Below, in pieces: positions 23,661 through 35,659 of a stretch of DNA of 64,000 nt; positions within the stretch are counted from its first letter, which is position 1; every line of letters begins with the position of its first letter. The position numbers and the translations under genes are program-made. The notes below the pieces were generated by a model, which saw nothing but the letters and a program-made list of their open reading frames with translations, ran no database searches and was not told the DNA's origin. Origin of the DNA: Mustelus asterias (lineage: Eukaryota); contig NW_027590185.1 in assembly GCF_964213995.1 (NCBI RefSeq), positions 186,001 through 250,000 on the forward strand, given 5' to 3'.

Positions 23661-24009
23661 GCAATGTTGTCAATCAGTGGGAGGAGCTTGTTCCCCAGTG
23701 TTCAGAATGGAGACAACTTGTCCATCAAACTGCATCAACCCTCTGAGTCCCAATGTCTTATTGATGAGGCAGAGCGGTGACAGAGAAGGAAAAAGAAAGG
23801 GAAATAAAAACAGAAAATGCTGGAAAATCTCAGCAGATCTGACATCATCTGTGGAGAGAGAATAGAACCAACGTTTTGAAACTGGATAACCCATAGTCAG
23901 AGCTTGTACACGTGTAAACAGAGCATGAAAACTTTGACACCTCCATGTACCCTTGTACACCGCTATCAATCTACTTCGCTCCAAGGAGAACAACCCCAAG
24001 TTATCCAGC

Positions 24010-24380
24010 CTAACATTGAGGTGTATAAAATTCTGAGGGGCACAGATAGGGGGGACAGGAAGGAACTTTTCTCTTTAGTAGAGGGGTCAATAACCAGGGG
24101 CCTGGATTTAAGTTGAGGGGCAGGAGGTTTATAGAAGATGGGAGGGAAAGCTTTTTCACTCAGACGGTGGTGGGAATCTGGAACTCAGTGCCTGAAAGGG
24201 TGGTAGAGGTGGGAATCATCATAACATTTAAGAAGAATTTAGATAAGCTCTTGCAATGCCATAGCATACAAGATTACGCACCAAGTGTGGAAAATGGGAT
24301 TAGAATAGAACGGTCCTTGATGGCCAGCACAAACACGATGGGCCGAAGGGCCTCTTTCCATGCTGTAAAACTCTATGATC
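24010..24380 (+). mobile_element. CR1 LINE 3' fragment
   Basis: IEVYKILRG.DR, FFTQ.VVGIWNS.PERVVE; tail gggccgaagggcct...ctctatga. Confidence 0.75.
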
Positions 24381-25090
24381 ACCCACGTTGGCAGCAAGTT
24401 CAATATCATCATCAGTCACAACCCCCCTGTATCTTCACTAACTGATACAATCCATTTAAAACATTCTTAGTTGAGAATGTAGCCATATTTCTGTTAGACT
24501 GGCAGTCTGCATGGAGATTTTCAGCTCTCTGTGTCCAGGACAGGAAGCAGTGAGCATGGATCTGTCAATCAGCCTCAATCAGCACCTTCAGGAGAATTGG
24601 GGGGGTGAATATTAGATACAGCAGAGTGAGAATGGAGGGAGAGTGTGTGGGATGGAGATTCACAGCTTTTGGGGAATTAGAGAGGAAAGAATGTTCCATA
24701 GAAACTAGAATTCTCTGTTCTGAATTTCTATCCTGTACTGACACTGATGAATTTTGTAAATTGTTTTTACAGGATATTAGAAGAGGAATCACACTGATAA
24801 ATCTTAACTATCACATCTCGATCTGACAGAGTCACTCGATTCCTTGGATACTAAATATCCTCAGCCTCTGAATGGGAAGGAGAAATGTTTGACCGGTCTG
24901 TCCACTGCAAGATTTTAAGCAGCAGTGTGACTGGAAAAACACCAGGACACAAACACACACCCGACTGAGAGTGTTCCAGTGCACTAACAGTGGAAAGAGC
25001 TTTAACCAGTTACATAGCCTGAAAAAAACATTGCAGCATTCACAGTGGGGAGAGACTGTACCCGTGTTCTCTGTGTGGACAAGGCTTCAA

Positions 25091-25434
25091 ATCATAGAAA
25101 TCATAGAAACCCTACAGTGCAGAAGGAGGCCATTCGGCCCATCGAGTCTGCACCGACCACAATCCCACCCAGGCCCTACCCCCACATATTTTACCCGCTA
25201 ATCCCTCTAACCTACACATCCCAGGACTCTAAGGGGCAATTTTTTAACCTGGCCAATCAACCTAACCCGCACATCTTTGGACTGTGGGAGGAAACCGGAG
25301 CACCTGGAGGAAACCCACGCAGACACGAGGAGAATGTGCAAACTCCACACAGACAGTGACCCGAGCCGGGAATCGAACCTGGGACCCTGGAGCTGTGAAG
25401 CAGCAGTGCTAACCACTGTGCTACCGTGCCGCCC
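25091..25434 (-). mobile_element. HE1-type V-SINE inserted in the leader of the ZNF-D coding exon
   Basis: Full SINE splitting the degenerate finger ...ggcttcaa|tgattg, 35 nt upstream of the ATG. Confidence 0.9.
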
Positions 25435-25469
25435 TGATTGACCTGCAATGATACTAGGAGACCGACAAT

Positions 25470-26144
25470 ATGGAAAAACCATGGAAATGTGAGGACTGTG
25501 GGAAGAGATACAAAGCGCCCTCTCTACTGGAAGCTCATCGGCGCAGCCACACTGGGGAGAGGCCGTTCACCTGCTGGGTGTGTGGGAAGGGATTCACTGA
25601 TTCATCCACTCTGCAGAGACACAAGCAAGTTCACACTGGTGAGAGTGCATTCACCTGCTGTCAGTGTGGGAAGGGATTTACTCAGATATCAAGCCTGCAG
25701 ACACACCAGCGAGTTCACACTGGGGAGAGGCCATTCACTTGGTGTCAGTGTGGGAAGGGATTCACTCAGTTAACTAATCTGCGGAGACACCAGCGAGTAC
25801 ACTCTGGAGAGAGGCCATTCAGCTGCTCTGCATGTGGCAAAAGATTCACTCAGTTATCTCATCTACGGGCACACCAGCGAGTTCACACTGGGGAGAGGCC
25901 ATTCACCTGCTCTCAGTGTGGAAAGGGATTCACTCAGTTAACTAATCTGCGGAGACACCAGCGAGTACACTCTGGAGAGAGGCCATTCAACTGCCCCGTG
26001 TGTGGGAAGGGATTCACTCGGTTATCCACCCTGCAATCACACCAGCGAGTTCACACCGGGGAGAGACCGTTCACCTGCTCTCAGTGTGGGAAGGGATTCT
26101 GTGATTCATCCACCCTGCGGACGCACCAACAAGTTCACAAGTGA
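25470..26144 (+). CDS. C2H2 zinc-finger protein, 8 fingers, 4th degenerate (ZNF-D)
   Basis: 224-aa ORF MEKPWKC...HQQVHK; acceptor tttttacag|g with exon starting at 24773; 3' flank homologous to that of ZNF-B. Confidence 0.87.
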   Translation: MEKPWKCEDCGKRYKAPSLLEAHRRSHTGERPFTCWVCGKGFTDSSTLQRHKQVHTGESAFTCCQCGKGFTQISSLQTHQRVHTGERPFTWCQCGKGFTQLTNLRRHQRVHSGERPFSCSACGKRFTQLSHLRAHQRVHTGERPFTCSQCGKGFTQLTNLRRHQRVHSGERPFNCPVCGKGFTRLSTLQSHQRVHTGERPFTCSQCGKGFCDSSTLRTHQQVHK

Positions 26145-26399
26145 ATATGGGGATTAGATTCTGCTGTTATTGTTTCTGCTCTCAATTACATCCGGGACTG
26201 CATTTTGTTCATTCTTGGCCAATGGGGAGAGTCAGAGGGTTTCTTTCTGCTGGACTGGCCGGTCTCATGACTTTGCCTCCAGTGGGCTGATGCTCTTTGA
26301 GTCTTGTTGCGAATACCTGATTTTAAATTTCACAAGGATCACAGAGTGACAGGGTGTGAGGAAGTTCAGAGATATTTAGTCAGCATTTCTGTTTGAAAC

Positions 26400-26695
26400 C
26401 CTCCCAAATGTCCATCCAATTTCCTTTGTAATTGTTTATTGTCTCCACTTCCTCCACCCTCGTAGGGAGTGAGTTCCAGGTCATTACCATTCACTGCATC
26501 AAAATATTCTTTATCACATCCCCTCCACTGCATCTCTGACCCAAAACCTTAAATCTATGTCCCCCTCGTCCTTATCCCATCAGCTAATGGGAACAGCTTT
26601 TCTTTGTCCACCTTATCTAAACCTGTCAGAATCTTGTCCACCTCTATCAAATCTCCCCTCAACCTCCTTTGCTCCAAGGGGAACAACCCCAGCCT
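26400..26695 (-). mobile_element. Degraded CR1 3' fragment
   Basis: Reverse complement of LE.RRLRGDLIEV.KIL.GLDKVD..LFPL-like sequence. Confidence 0.6.
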
Positions 26696-26843
26696 GACAT
26701 CAACAATAAAGAACAAACTAACAGAATATGTTACTGCCTGAAATCAAATGTGCAGGTCGAATTTCTGTTTTAAAGATATTGTGAACATATTGTCCTGGAC
26801 AATAAAGGAATTTGAATAACTCACCTTGGGTGTGGGTGAAATG

Positions 26844-28007
26844 TGTTATGATCCAGGTCAGAAATCCAAGGTGTTTTACAAAGTCAGCCTAGCCATAAGA
26901 TTTGCACTCGAGTGAGTGTAAGATGTTTCACTCCAGGTACGATTCAAGTGACCCACTAGGAAGCTTTTATCAAACAAAGTTAATTTAAGAACACAGTTAA
27001 AATATAATTAGAAAAAATAGCATAACTTTTACCAATTGCAATAAAAAACAACCATGATCTTTCTTATATCAATCAGTACAGCTTGGTGTTCCAAATCAAA
27101 TAATCCCTACAAATATATTCCAGGCTTTGCACAGAAAGCAGGTATGCTCACGTGATGCTGGATTTGGCAGCTTTTTAACACCTGCTGTGAATTAGCGCTT
27201 AAAATGTTGAATTCAAACTATGCCTTCCCTGTCCTGGAACTTCCAGCATCGAGAGAGAGAGAGAGACTGCTTGCTTCTATCTTCCAGCTGGCAACTCTCA
27301 GGCAGCGGAATCTTCACTCTAGAGAGAGAGACGACAAACACTGCTTTCAGTCTGCAGTCCAGACAGCTTGTGACAAAATGAAACTAAAACTTTCTCCTGT
27401 TAAAAAAAACTGTCCAAAGACAGCACTGACCTTTCAATCAGGCTCCACCCAACAATTCCAAAAGGATCATAAAACTCCAGGTCACTGTATTAGCCCAGGC
27501 TCAAAATAAACAAGATGCCCATTATATTGCTTCATTATATTCATAGAATAGAATCCCAACAGTACAGAAAGAGGCCATTCAGCCTATCGAGCCTGCACTG
27601 ACAATAATCCCAGCCTTTCTCCGTAACCCCACCTGTTCATCCTGCTAATCCCCCAGAAACTAGGGTCAATTTCGCATGGCCAATCAACCCAACCCACACA
27701 TCTTTGGATTGCGGGAGGAAACCGGAGCACCCGGAGGAAACCAACGCAGACACGGGGAGAATGTGCAAACTCCACACAGACAGTGACCCAAGCCAGGAAT
27801 CAAACCTGGATCCCTGGTGCTGTGAGGCAGCAGTGCTAACCACTGTGCTACCGTGCCACCATATTGTTCTATGTATTAGCGGAGTTGTAAATCAGTGAAG
27901 GCCAGCATAATACTTGGTCTGTGAAACACTCCGACATCCATGAACTTTGTTTTAAAGAAATCCACATTTGAAAGCCCGGTCACTGCATGAAATATCAGAC
28001 CATAACA
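26844..28007. mobile_element. Putative solo LTR-like element interrupted by a SINE
   Basis: Termini TGTTATG...CATAACA are 7-bp inverted; no TSD found. Confidence 0.35.
27541..27860 (-). mobile_element. HE1-type V-SINE
   Basis: Head, V-domain and CR1-like tail on - strand. Confidence 0.85.
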
Positions 28008-28302
28008 GGGGGAGATAAGAAAGACAGACACTCACTTTGATCTTTTCGTCAGCACATCTGAGAGTTAAGAATGTGTGACATGATTTTGGGATACCGGAGT
28101 GAGTGTACAGATGTGATTTGTTACATGTGAAAAATAACAAGCCTAAATTCATGGTGAGTTGGAGTGAAGAGCGGGTCCCAAACGCACACAGCTACTTGAG
28201 ACACAGCAGGAGATGAAATGGTTAATGTGGCCAGGGGATTGAGACAACATTGTGACATCATCAAGGCACTGACACACACTCCAGAGAGAAACTGAGTTCA
28301 CT

Positions 28303-28646
28303 GGCGGCACGGTAGCACAGTGGTTAGCACTGCTGCTTCACAGCTCCAGGGACCTGGGTCGATTCCTGGCTCGGGTCACTGTCTGTGTGGAGTTTGCACA
28401 TTCTCCTCGTGTCTGCGTGGGTTTCCTCCGGGTGCTCCGGTTTCCTCCCACAGTCCTACGATGTGCGGGTTAGGTTGATTGGCCATGATAAAATTGCCCC
28501 TTAGTGTCCTGGGATGCGTAGATTAGAGGGATTAGTGGGTAAAATATGTAGGGATATGGGGGTAGGGCCTGGGTGGGATTGTGGTCGGTGCGGACTCGAT
28601 GGGCCGAATGGCCTCTTTCTGTACTGTAGGGTTTCTATGATTTCTA
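28303..28646 (+). mobile_element. HE1-type V-SINE, full length
   Basis: ggcggcacggtagcacagtggttagc...gggtttctatgatttcta. Confidence 0.9.
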
Positions 28647-30064
28647 AAACAATCAGGATCCAATTAAACACACTGCACATCCTCACAAAGTGAGGAAAAT
28701 TACAGTAAAATGAATAATATTATAGATTGGGACAATTAAGGGCTTGGGGGAAATAATACTGAGTAAGAACTGTCCACAACTTGGATAGGGGTAAAGAGAG
28801 AGCTGGAGAATCTTTTACATCCATGCTTGACCTGTTGCTTGAAGCATCTGTCCTTATGTACGAGTAACCTAGAACTCACAGCGCTCCTTCAGAAGAAAAA
28901 AAGATTGAGTAGATGTTACCCCAGGCGGGACCAGAACAGAACTGGAAAATAACGGAGTGAAGTTGAGTGAGGGATCAGAGAGAGAGCATCTTTAACAGCT
29001 CTCTTGAAAGCCCAGCATGTTAAAGAGCCTGCCAACCCCTCTCACCCACTTTCCCGAAAGTGCATCAATCTCAGCAGGAAATGTCCAGAAAAATCAAATA
29101 TTTTTACTGATAAAAGTTTATTAATGAAACAGAACATGGTTAAAACAAACAGAAAATGACTTGAGGATCAAAGACAACCAGAGTAAAAGGATGTTCACAA
29201 TGTTCTGGACACAAATGGTTTCTCTTCAGCTGCTCTGTCCCCTGTTCCTGTGACTCCCCGCTTTGGACACAGGGACACTGAACCCCGGGGGTCACGTCAC
29301 CATCAGCCCCAGTCACCCTCTCCCGTGTCCTGATTGGTTGGAGGCCCATTTCCCACTCCAGTACCTTCCTGTCTCTGTATTATTGCGACGCCCAGGGCAG
29401 TTTTCCAACTGGGGCGCAGGCACCATTATTCTCAGCTAAATTCAGCCTTCAGCTCCGTCGCCTGGCTGTCATTGACACGAGCAACAGAGACAGAAAGGTG
29501 TCCCAGGCTCAAATGGGAAGTTGAAACTTGTGGGTCGAAAGCAACACTTCACCATTTGCCAGTCAAATCCATGTTATTTACACTGGGGGTTTTTATGATG
29601 AGATTAATTGAATTGTTCGGCGAGTCAGCAAGCTCGAGAAGCACTGATTCCAGATTGTTCAATACTTCTGTCTTGAATCACAAAAGCTTCTCGCTTTATC
29701 CCCTTCCTGAACTGAATTCCATCATCCTGAGCAGCTGTGGGTGTCACCTCTCTGTGTAAACTCCTGCCCCTTTTTATAAGGCTCTCTCATTCCTTATTGT
29801 GGGTCAATTCTTTAATGGTTGAGGATCGCTCTGTGATGTAGTGAGTGTTTATCCGGTCAATCAATGTTTCTGATGTCAGTCGGAACGTCCATCGTTACTT
29901 TTCACCTGTTTCTTACTCTGTGTTATAAAAAAATAAAGTTTTTAAATTTTTAACAGAATGGTCAGCTTTAAGGTTTCTTGAGTCTGTGGCGACGTCATCC
30001 AAAGGTCAAAGCCTTTCTCTTTTCTCCTTCCCGTTTAACTAAGGGTTGTGTGGAATATTCCACT

Positions 30065-30450
30065 CAGGGGGAGGTGGTGGGAATGTCGCTGGCCGAGTAA
30101 TGCAGAGATCCAGCAAAGGATCTGGGGACAGGCAGCTGGTGGGATTGGATTCAGTGAATCAATCTGGAATTATATAAAGTTAGTGTCAGAAACGGTGACC
30201 ATGAAACTATCGACTGTTGTAAAAACCCGTCCAGTTCACCCTCTTCATGCTCCCTATTAGGGAGGGAAATCTGCCATTCTTACCCGGTCTGGCCTACAAG
30301 TGAATCCAGACCCACACAGCGATGTGGGTGAATCTTAACTGCCCCTCTGAAATGGCCGAGCAAGTCACTCCGTTCAGGGGCAATTAGGAGATGAGCAACG
30401 TGTGCTGGGGCTTTGCCAGCAGTGTCCACATCCCAGGGAAGAATAAAGAA
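30065..30450 (+). mobile_element. SINE of a second family (tail gggcaattagg...gccagc..cacatccc)
   Basis: Homologous to 35660-36850 (+) and 47905-48255 (-): ggaaatctgcc.t.cttacc.ggtctggcctaca core. Confidence 0.65.
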
Positions 30451-31084
30451 TATTCCAGGGAAAGTGATGGGTGATTTGAAATGAATTGAAAGTAGGTCAG
30501 GAGGTGCTCGTATCATCCAGAGCTGCTTTTCAGTGGATCCTCCTGTTTAAAATAAAAACACATCAGTGTGCCCCTTTCCCAGACACACTGACCTTGGAAT
30601 ATCACAATGCTGTTTTTAAACATTCCTTTGTTAAAGAATCAGTCATTTAGAATTGTGAAACAGACAGAAATTAAATGTTCCGTTTTTCCTGGGATCCTCC
30701 TGTGCCTGGCACCGGTGTCCTGAACAAGGTTATTAACATTCTCTGTGTTAAAGGTTCCTCCTGGTTCTTGCTGTCTGTTGTGTCCTTTGTCACAGTCGGT
30801 ACCAGGACATTTCTATTGAAAGGTTGTTAAGAAATTCCAGTGAATTCCAGCCCCTTGTGTAACGTTCCATTTGGTGTGCGTCAGATTCAGAGATGTCCAC
30901 GTGTGTGTGAAAAGGGTTCTGGGTAAGGGTTTTAACCCTTCTTTCCCCGTTAGTAACAATGAGCCCTGTATTCAATTCTAAAGTATAAAGTCCTCATTAG
31001 ATATCAATTCTACCTGTTATCTACATTTCACCAACCAGTCTATATTTTCATCACAGGACTGCAGTGGGAGCACCGTCAACATCT

Positions 31085-33195
31085 TACTGACTGGATCGAT
31101 TTTATCGAGGGGGTGACGAAGGTGATCGATGAGGGTAGAGCAGTGGATGTTGTGTACATGGATTTTAGTAAGGCTTTCGACAAGGTCCCTCATGGTCGGC
31201 TCATCCAGAAGATTAAGATGCATGGGATTCACGGTCACTTGGCCACTTGGATTCAGAATTGACTTGCCCATAGAAGTCAGGGAGTAGTGGTGGAGGGTGT
31301 TTTTCTGACTGGAGGTCCATGACTAGTGGTGTTCTGCAGGGATCCGTACTGGGACCTGCGCTATTTGTGATATATATAAATAACTTGGATGAAAACGTGG
31401 ATGGGTGGGTTAGTAAGCTTGCAGATGACACAAAACTAGATGGAGTTGTAGATAATGTCAAAGGAAGTGGAGGGATGGGTTGGTAAGTTTGCTGACGACA
31501 CCAAGGTAGGTGGTGTTGTGGATAGTTTGGAGGGATGTCAGAAGTTGCAGCGAGACATAGATAGAATGCAGGACTGGGCGGAGAAGTGGCAGATGGACTT
31601 CAACCCGGATAAGTGTGTGGTGATCCATTTTGGCAGATCCAATGGGATGGAGCAGCAGTATAAAATGAAGGGTACCATTCTTAGCAGTGTAGAGGATCAG
31701 AGGGACCTTGGGGTCCGGGTCCATAGGACTCTTAAATCGGCCTCGCAGGTGGAGGATGCGGTCAAGAAGGCGTATGGCGTACTAGCCTTCATTAATCGAG
31801 GGATTGAGTTTAGGAGTCGGGAGATAATGCTGCAGCTTTATAGGACCCTGGTTAGACCCCACTTGGAGTACTGCGCGCAGTTCTGGTCACCTCATTACAG
31901 GAAAGATGTTGAAGCCATTGAAAGGGTGCAGAGGAGATTTACAAGGATGTTGCCTGGATTGGGGGGCATGCCTTATGAGGATAGGTTGAGGGAGCTTGGT
32001 CTCTTCTCCCTGGAGAGACGAAGGATGAGAGGTGACCTGATAGAGGTTTACAAGATGTTGAGGGGTCTGGATAGGGTGGACTCTCAGAGGCTATTTCCAA
32101 GGGCTGAAATGGTTGCTACGAGAGGACACAGGTTTAAGGTGCTGGGGGGTAGGTACAGGGGGGATGTCAGGGGTAAGTTTTTCACTCAGAGGGTGGTGGG
32201 TGAGTGGAATCGGCTGACGTCGGTGGTGGTGGAGGCAAACTCGTTGGGGTCTTTTAAGAGACTTCTGGATGAGTACATGGGATTTAATGGGATTGAGGGC
32301 TATAGATAGGCCTAGAGGTGGGGATGTGATCGGCGCAACTTGTGGGCCGAAGGGCCTGTTTGTGCTGTGGCTTTCTATGTTCTATGTTCTATGTTGTCAA
32401 AGGATACAGTGGGATGTAGATCAGCTGTAGATATGAGCGGAGAAATGGCAGATGGATTTTAATCCGGGCAAGTGTGAGGTACTGCACTTTGGGAGATCAA
32501 ATATTAAGGATAAGTATACAGTTCATGTACAGAGGTCTTGGGGTTCAAGTCCAGAGCTCCCTGAAATTAGCCACACAAATATTTATCGGTAAAGAAGGCA
32601 TATGGCATGCTGGCCTTTATTGAGTACAAGAGTCAGCGTGTCATGTTGCAGCTTTATAAAACTTTGTTTGGGCCGCACTTAGAATATTGTGTTCAATTCT
32701 GGTCACCACATTACAGAAAGGATGGAGAGGTTTTGATGAAGATGCAGAAGAGGTTTCCCAGGATGCTGCCTGGACTGGAGGGTGTGAGCGACTGACAAAC
32801 GAGGGTTGTTTTCTCGAGAGCGGTGGAGGGTGAGGGGAGATCTGATAGCAGTCTATAAAATGAGAGACATAGAATCTTTTCCCCCAGAGTTGATATGTCT
32901 AATACCAGGGAGCATGCACTGAAGGTGAGATGGGGAAAGTTCAAAGGAGATGTGAGAGGTAAGGTTTTTTACACAGAGAGTGGTAGGTGTCTGGAATGCG
33001 CTGCTAGGAGTGGTGGTGGAGGCAGATACGATAGGGGTGTTTAAGGGGGTTTTAAATAAGCACATGAATATGTGAGGAATAGAGGAATATGGACCAAGGG
33101 CAGGCAGAAAGGAATAGTTTAATTTGACATCATGTTCGACACAACATGGTGGGCTGAAGGGTCTGTTCCTGTGCTGTACTGTTCTATGTTCTATT
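31085..33195 (+). mobile_element. Older CR1 LINE 3' portion (RT to tail) hosting a nested CR1
   Basis: VDVVYMDFSKAFDKVPH, GSVLGP, LADDTK, HLEYCVQFWSPHY; tail ctgtactgttctatgttcta. Confidence 0.88.
31466..32394 (+). mobile_element. Young 5'-truncated CR1 nested in CR1, 10-bp TSD
   Basis: Stop-free RT C-terminus (FADDTK...); (TTCTATG)3 tail; TSD TGTCAAAGGA at 31456-31465 and 32395-32404. Confidence 0.92.
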
Positions 33196-33284
33196 GTGAT
33201 CTCCATTTAGAAAAAGGAAATAGAGGCACTGGAGAAGGGGCAAGAAAGATTCACAAGAATAATCCCAGAACTGTCATCACTTCT

Positions 33285-33626
33285 GAACTCACTGGTGTTT
33301 CACCAAGTTTGCTGACTGAGTGAATCCCTTCCCAGTCAGAGCAGGTGACCAGCCTCTGCCTGGTGTGAACTCACTGGTGGGACATTAGTTCCCGAGAGCT
33401 TTTGAAGCCGCGCCCACATTTAAAGGGTCTCTCCTGGGTGTGATGATGTTGTGTCTGGGCAGGCTGGATAACTGAGTAAATCCTTTCGCACACACCGAGC
33501 AGGTGAATGGTTTCTCCCCGGTGTGAACTCACTGGTGTTTCAGCAGTGTTGGTGATATTCTAAACCTCCTTGAACAGTGAGAGCAGCTGAACGGCCTCTC
33601 CCCGGTGTGAATGTGCTCGGGGATCA
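33285..33626 (-). pseudogene. Decayed former 3' fingers of ZNF-E
   Basis: Finger-like sequence ([16 protein letters not shown]..., [12 protein letters not shown]) with stops and frameshifts downstream of the present stop. Confidence 0.7.
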
Positions 33627-34358
33627 TCAGTTCCTGAGAGCTTCTGAAGCCGGCCTCTCGGGCAGAGCATTAAAGGGGCTCTCCTTGGAGTGAGTGGCTT
33701 TGTGTTTCAGCAGGCTGGATGAAGCAGTGAATCCCTTCCCACACACACAGCAGGGGAATGGTCTCTCCCCAGTGTGAACTCGCTGGTGTACCCGCAGGCT
33801 GGATGACCATTTAAACCTCTTTGTGCAGTGAGAGCAGCTGAATGGTCTCTCCTCAGTGTGAATGCGCTGGTGGGACACCAGATCCTGAGAGCTTCTGAAT
33901 CCGCTCCCACAGTCAGAGCATTTAAACGGTCTCTCATTGCTGTGAGTGAGATTGTGTCTGCACAGGTGGAATGACTGAGTGAATCCCTTCCCACACACCG
34001 AGCAGGTGAATGGATTCTCCCCAGTGTGAACTCGCTGGTGTACCCGCAGGGTGGATGACCATTTAAACCTCTTTGAGCAGTGAGAGCAGCTGAACGGTCT
34101 CTCCTCAGTGTGAGTGCGCTGGTGGGACACCAGATCCTGAGCGCTTCTGAATCCGCTCCCACAGTCAGTGCATTTAAACGGTCTCTCATTGCTGTGAGTG
34201 AGATTGTGTCTGCGCAGGTGGGATGAATGAGTGAATCCCTTCCCACACACAGAGCAGGTGAACGGCCTCTCCCCAGTGTGACTGCGTTTATGAATTTCCA
34301 GTACAGATGGGTATCTGAATCCCTTTCCACAGTCCCCACATTTCCACGGTTTCTCCAT
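33627..34358 (-). CDS. C2H2 zinc-finger protein, 8 fingers, truncated by frameshift (ZNF-E)
   Basis: ATG MEKPWKC at 34358; frameshift at ~33672; acceptor cttacag|g with exon starting at 34707 (-). Confidence 0.78.
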   Translation of the reverse strand: MEKPWKCGDCGKGFRYPSVLEIHKRSHTGERPFTCSVCGKGFTHSSHLRRHNLTHSNERPFKCTDCGSGFRSAQDLVSHQRTHTEERPFSCSHCSKRFKWSSTLRVHQRVHTGENPFTCSVCGKGFTQSFHLCRHNLTHSNERPFKCSDCGSGFRSSQDLVSHQRIHTEERPFSCSHCTKRFKWSSSLRVHQRVHTGERPFPCCVCGKGFTASSSLLKHKATHSKESPFNALPERPASEALRN

Positions 34359-35659
34359 GGTGCGGGTGTCCTTGTGACTCTCCAGGTTAAACAATCAGTT
34401 AAATCTCACACAGAACACGGGTACAGTCTCTCCCGCTGTGAATGCTGCGATGTATTTTCAGGCAGTGTAACTGGTTAAAGCTCTTTCCACACTCAGTGCA
34501 CTGGAACACATTCACTCGGGTGTGTGTATCTCAGTGCATTCCTAGTCACAGTGATGTTTACAATCTTTTGAAGCCAAGAGGCCAAACAAACATTTCTCCT
34601 GCTAGATTCAAAGGCCAATGATATTCAGTTCCCAAGAAGTCGAGTCACTCTGTCAGATCTCGATGTGATGTTGGAGATTTCTGTCTGATTTCTCCTTGTC
34701 TAATATCCTGTAAGTCAATTTAGAAAAAACATCGTAATTCAGAATACGATCGAAATTCAAATCGACATTTCTAGTTTCTATGGAGCATTCATTAAAGACA
34801 CAGTCATGGAGCATTAAACCTGCCCAGCAGGGCCTCCCGTATCAGCACACAGGCAGCTGCTTTGTGAGACTGCCAGCAGTACAGACAAGTCAGAGATAAG
34901 GGTGTCCTCAGAAGTGGGATTCATTGTGAAAGCTCAGGGACGGTTGATAAGATGCAGCAATTCTGTGATTCTAATGAACATTCTTTCCTCTCTCATTCCC
35001 CAAAAGCCGTAAATCTCCATCCCACACACTCTCCCTCCATTCTCACTCTTCTGTATCTAATATTCACCCTCCCAATTCTCCTGAAGGTGCTGATTGAGGC
35101 TGATTGACAGATCCATGCTCACTGCTTCCTGTCCAGCACAGAAATCATAACAAATAGGAGCTGCAGTCAGCATTCGGCCCATCGAGTCTGCACAACCATT
35201 CATTCAGATTATTGGTTGATCAACCTCTGCATTATTTTCCCCACACTGTCCCCCATATCCATCGATATCTTCAATATCCAGAAACCTATCAATCCCTCTC
35301 TTGAAAATTCTTGATGACTGAGGCTCTGTAGTCCTCTGGGGTAGAGAATCCAAAACATCACCACATCCTTGAGTGAAGAAATCCTTCCTCATCTGAGCTT
35401 TCTCTCCATTTTCCAGCCTGTTCCCAATAATTATTGACTCCCTTGTCATTCAAAAACTGTCTAACTCATCCTTGAATATATTCAATCCCTCCACTGGTCC
35501 CTATGGAAGAGAAATCTAGACACTAACAATTCTCTGAGGGAAGAGATTGTTGGAAATATATAATATAACTGCAGTCCAAAATTACACAGCCAGATATAAT
35601 AAGTGTATTTTATTACAGAGCTATAAATAATATATCGAATCTGTACCATATAACAACAG

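Noticed and set aside
28303-28372. tRNA gene
   Set aside because: The A/B-box region is the tRNA-derived head of a SINE, continuing into V-domain and tail.
34546-34548. Programmed readthrough or selenocysteine at the conserved TGA (TGA-CTAG context in ZNF-E, TGA-CTG in most others)
   Set aside because: The same frame has further stops (TAA 34560-34558, another TGA downstream), and paralogs have frameshifts before the main ORF, so readthrough would not give a continuous protein.
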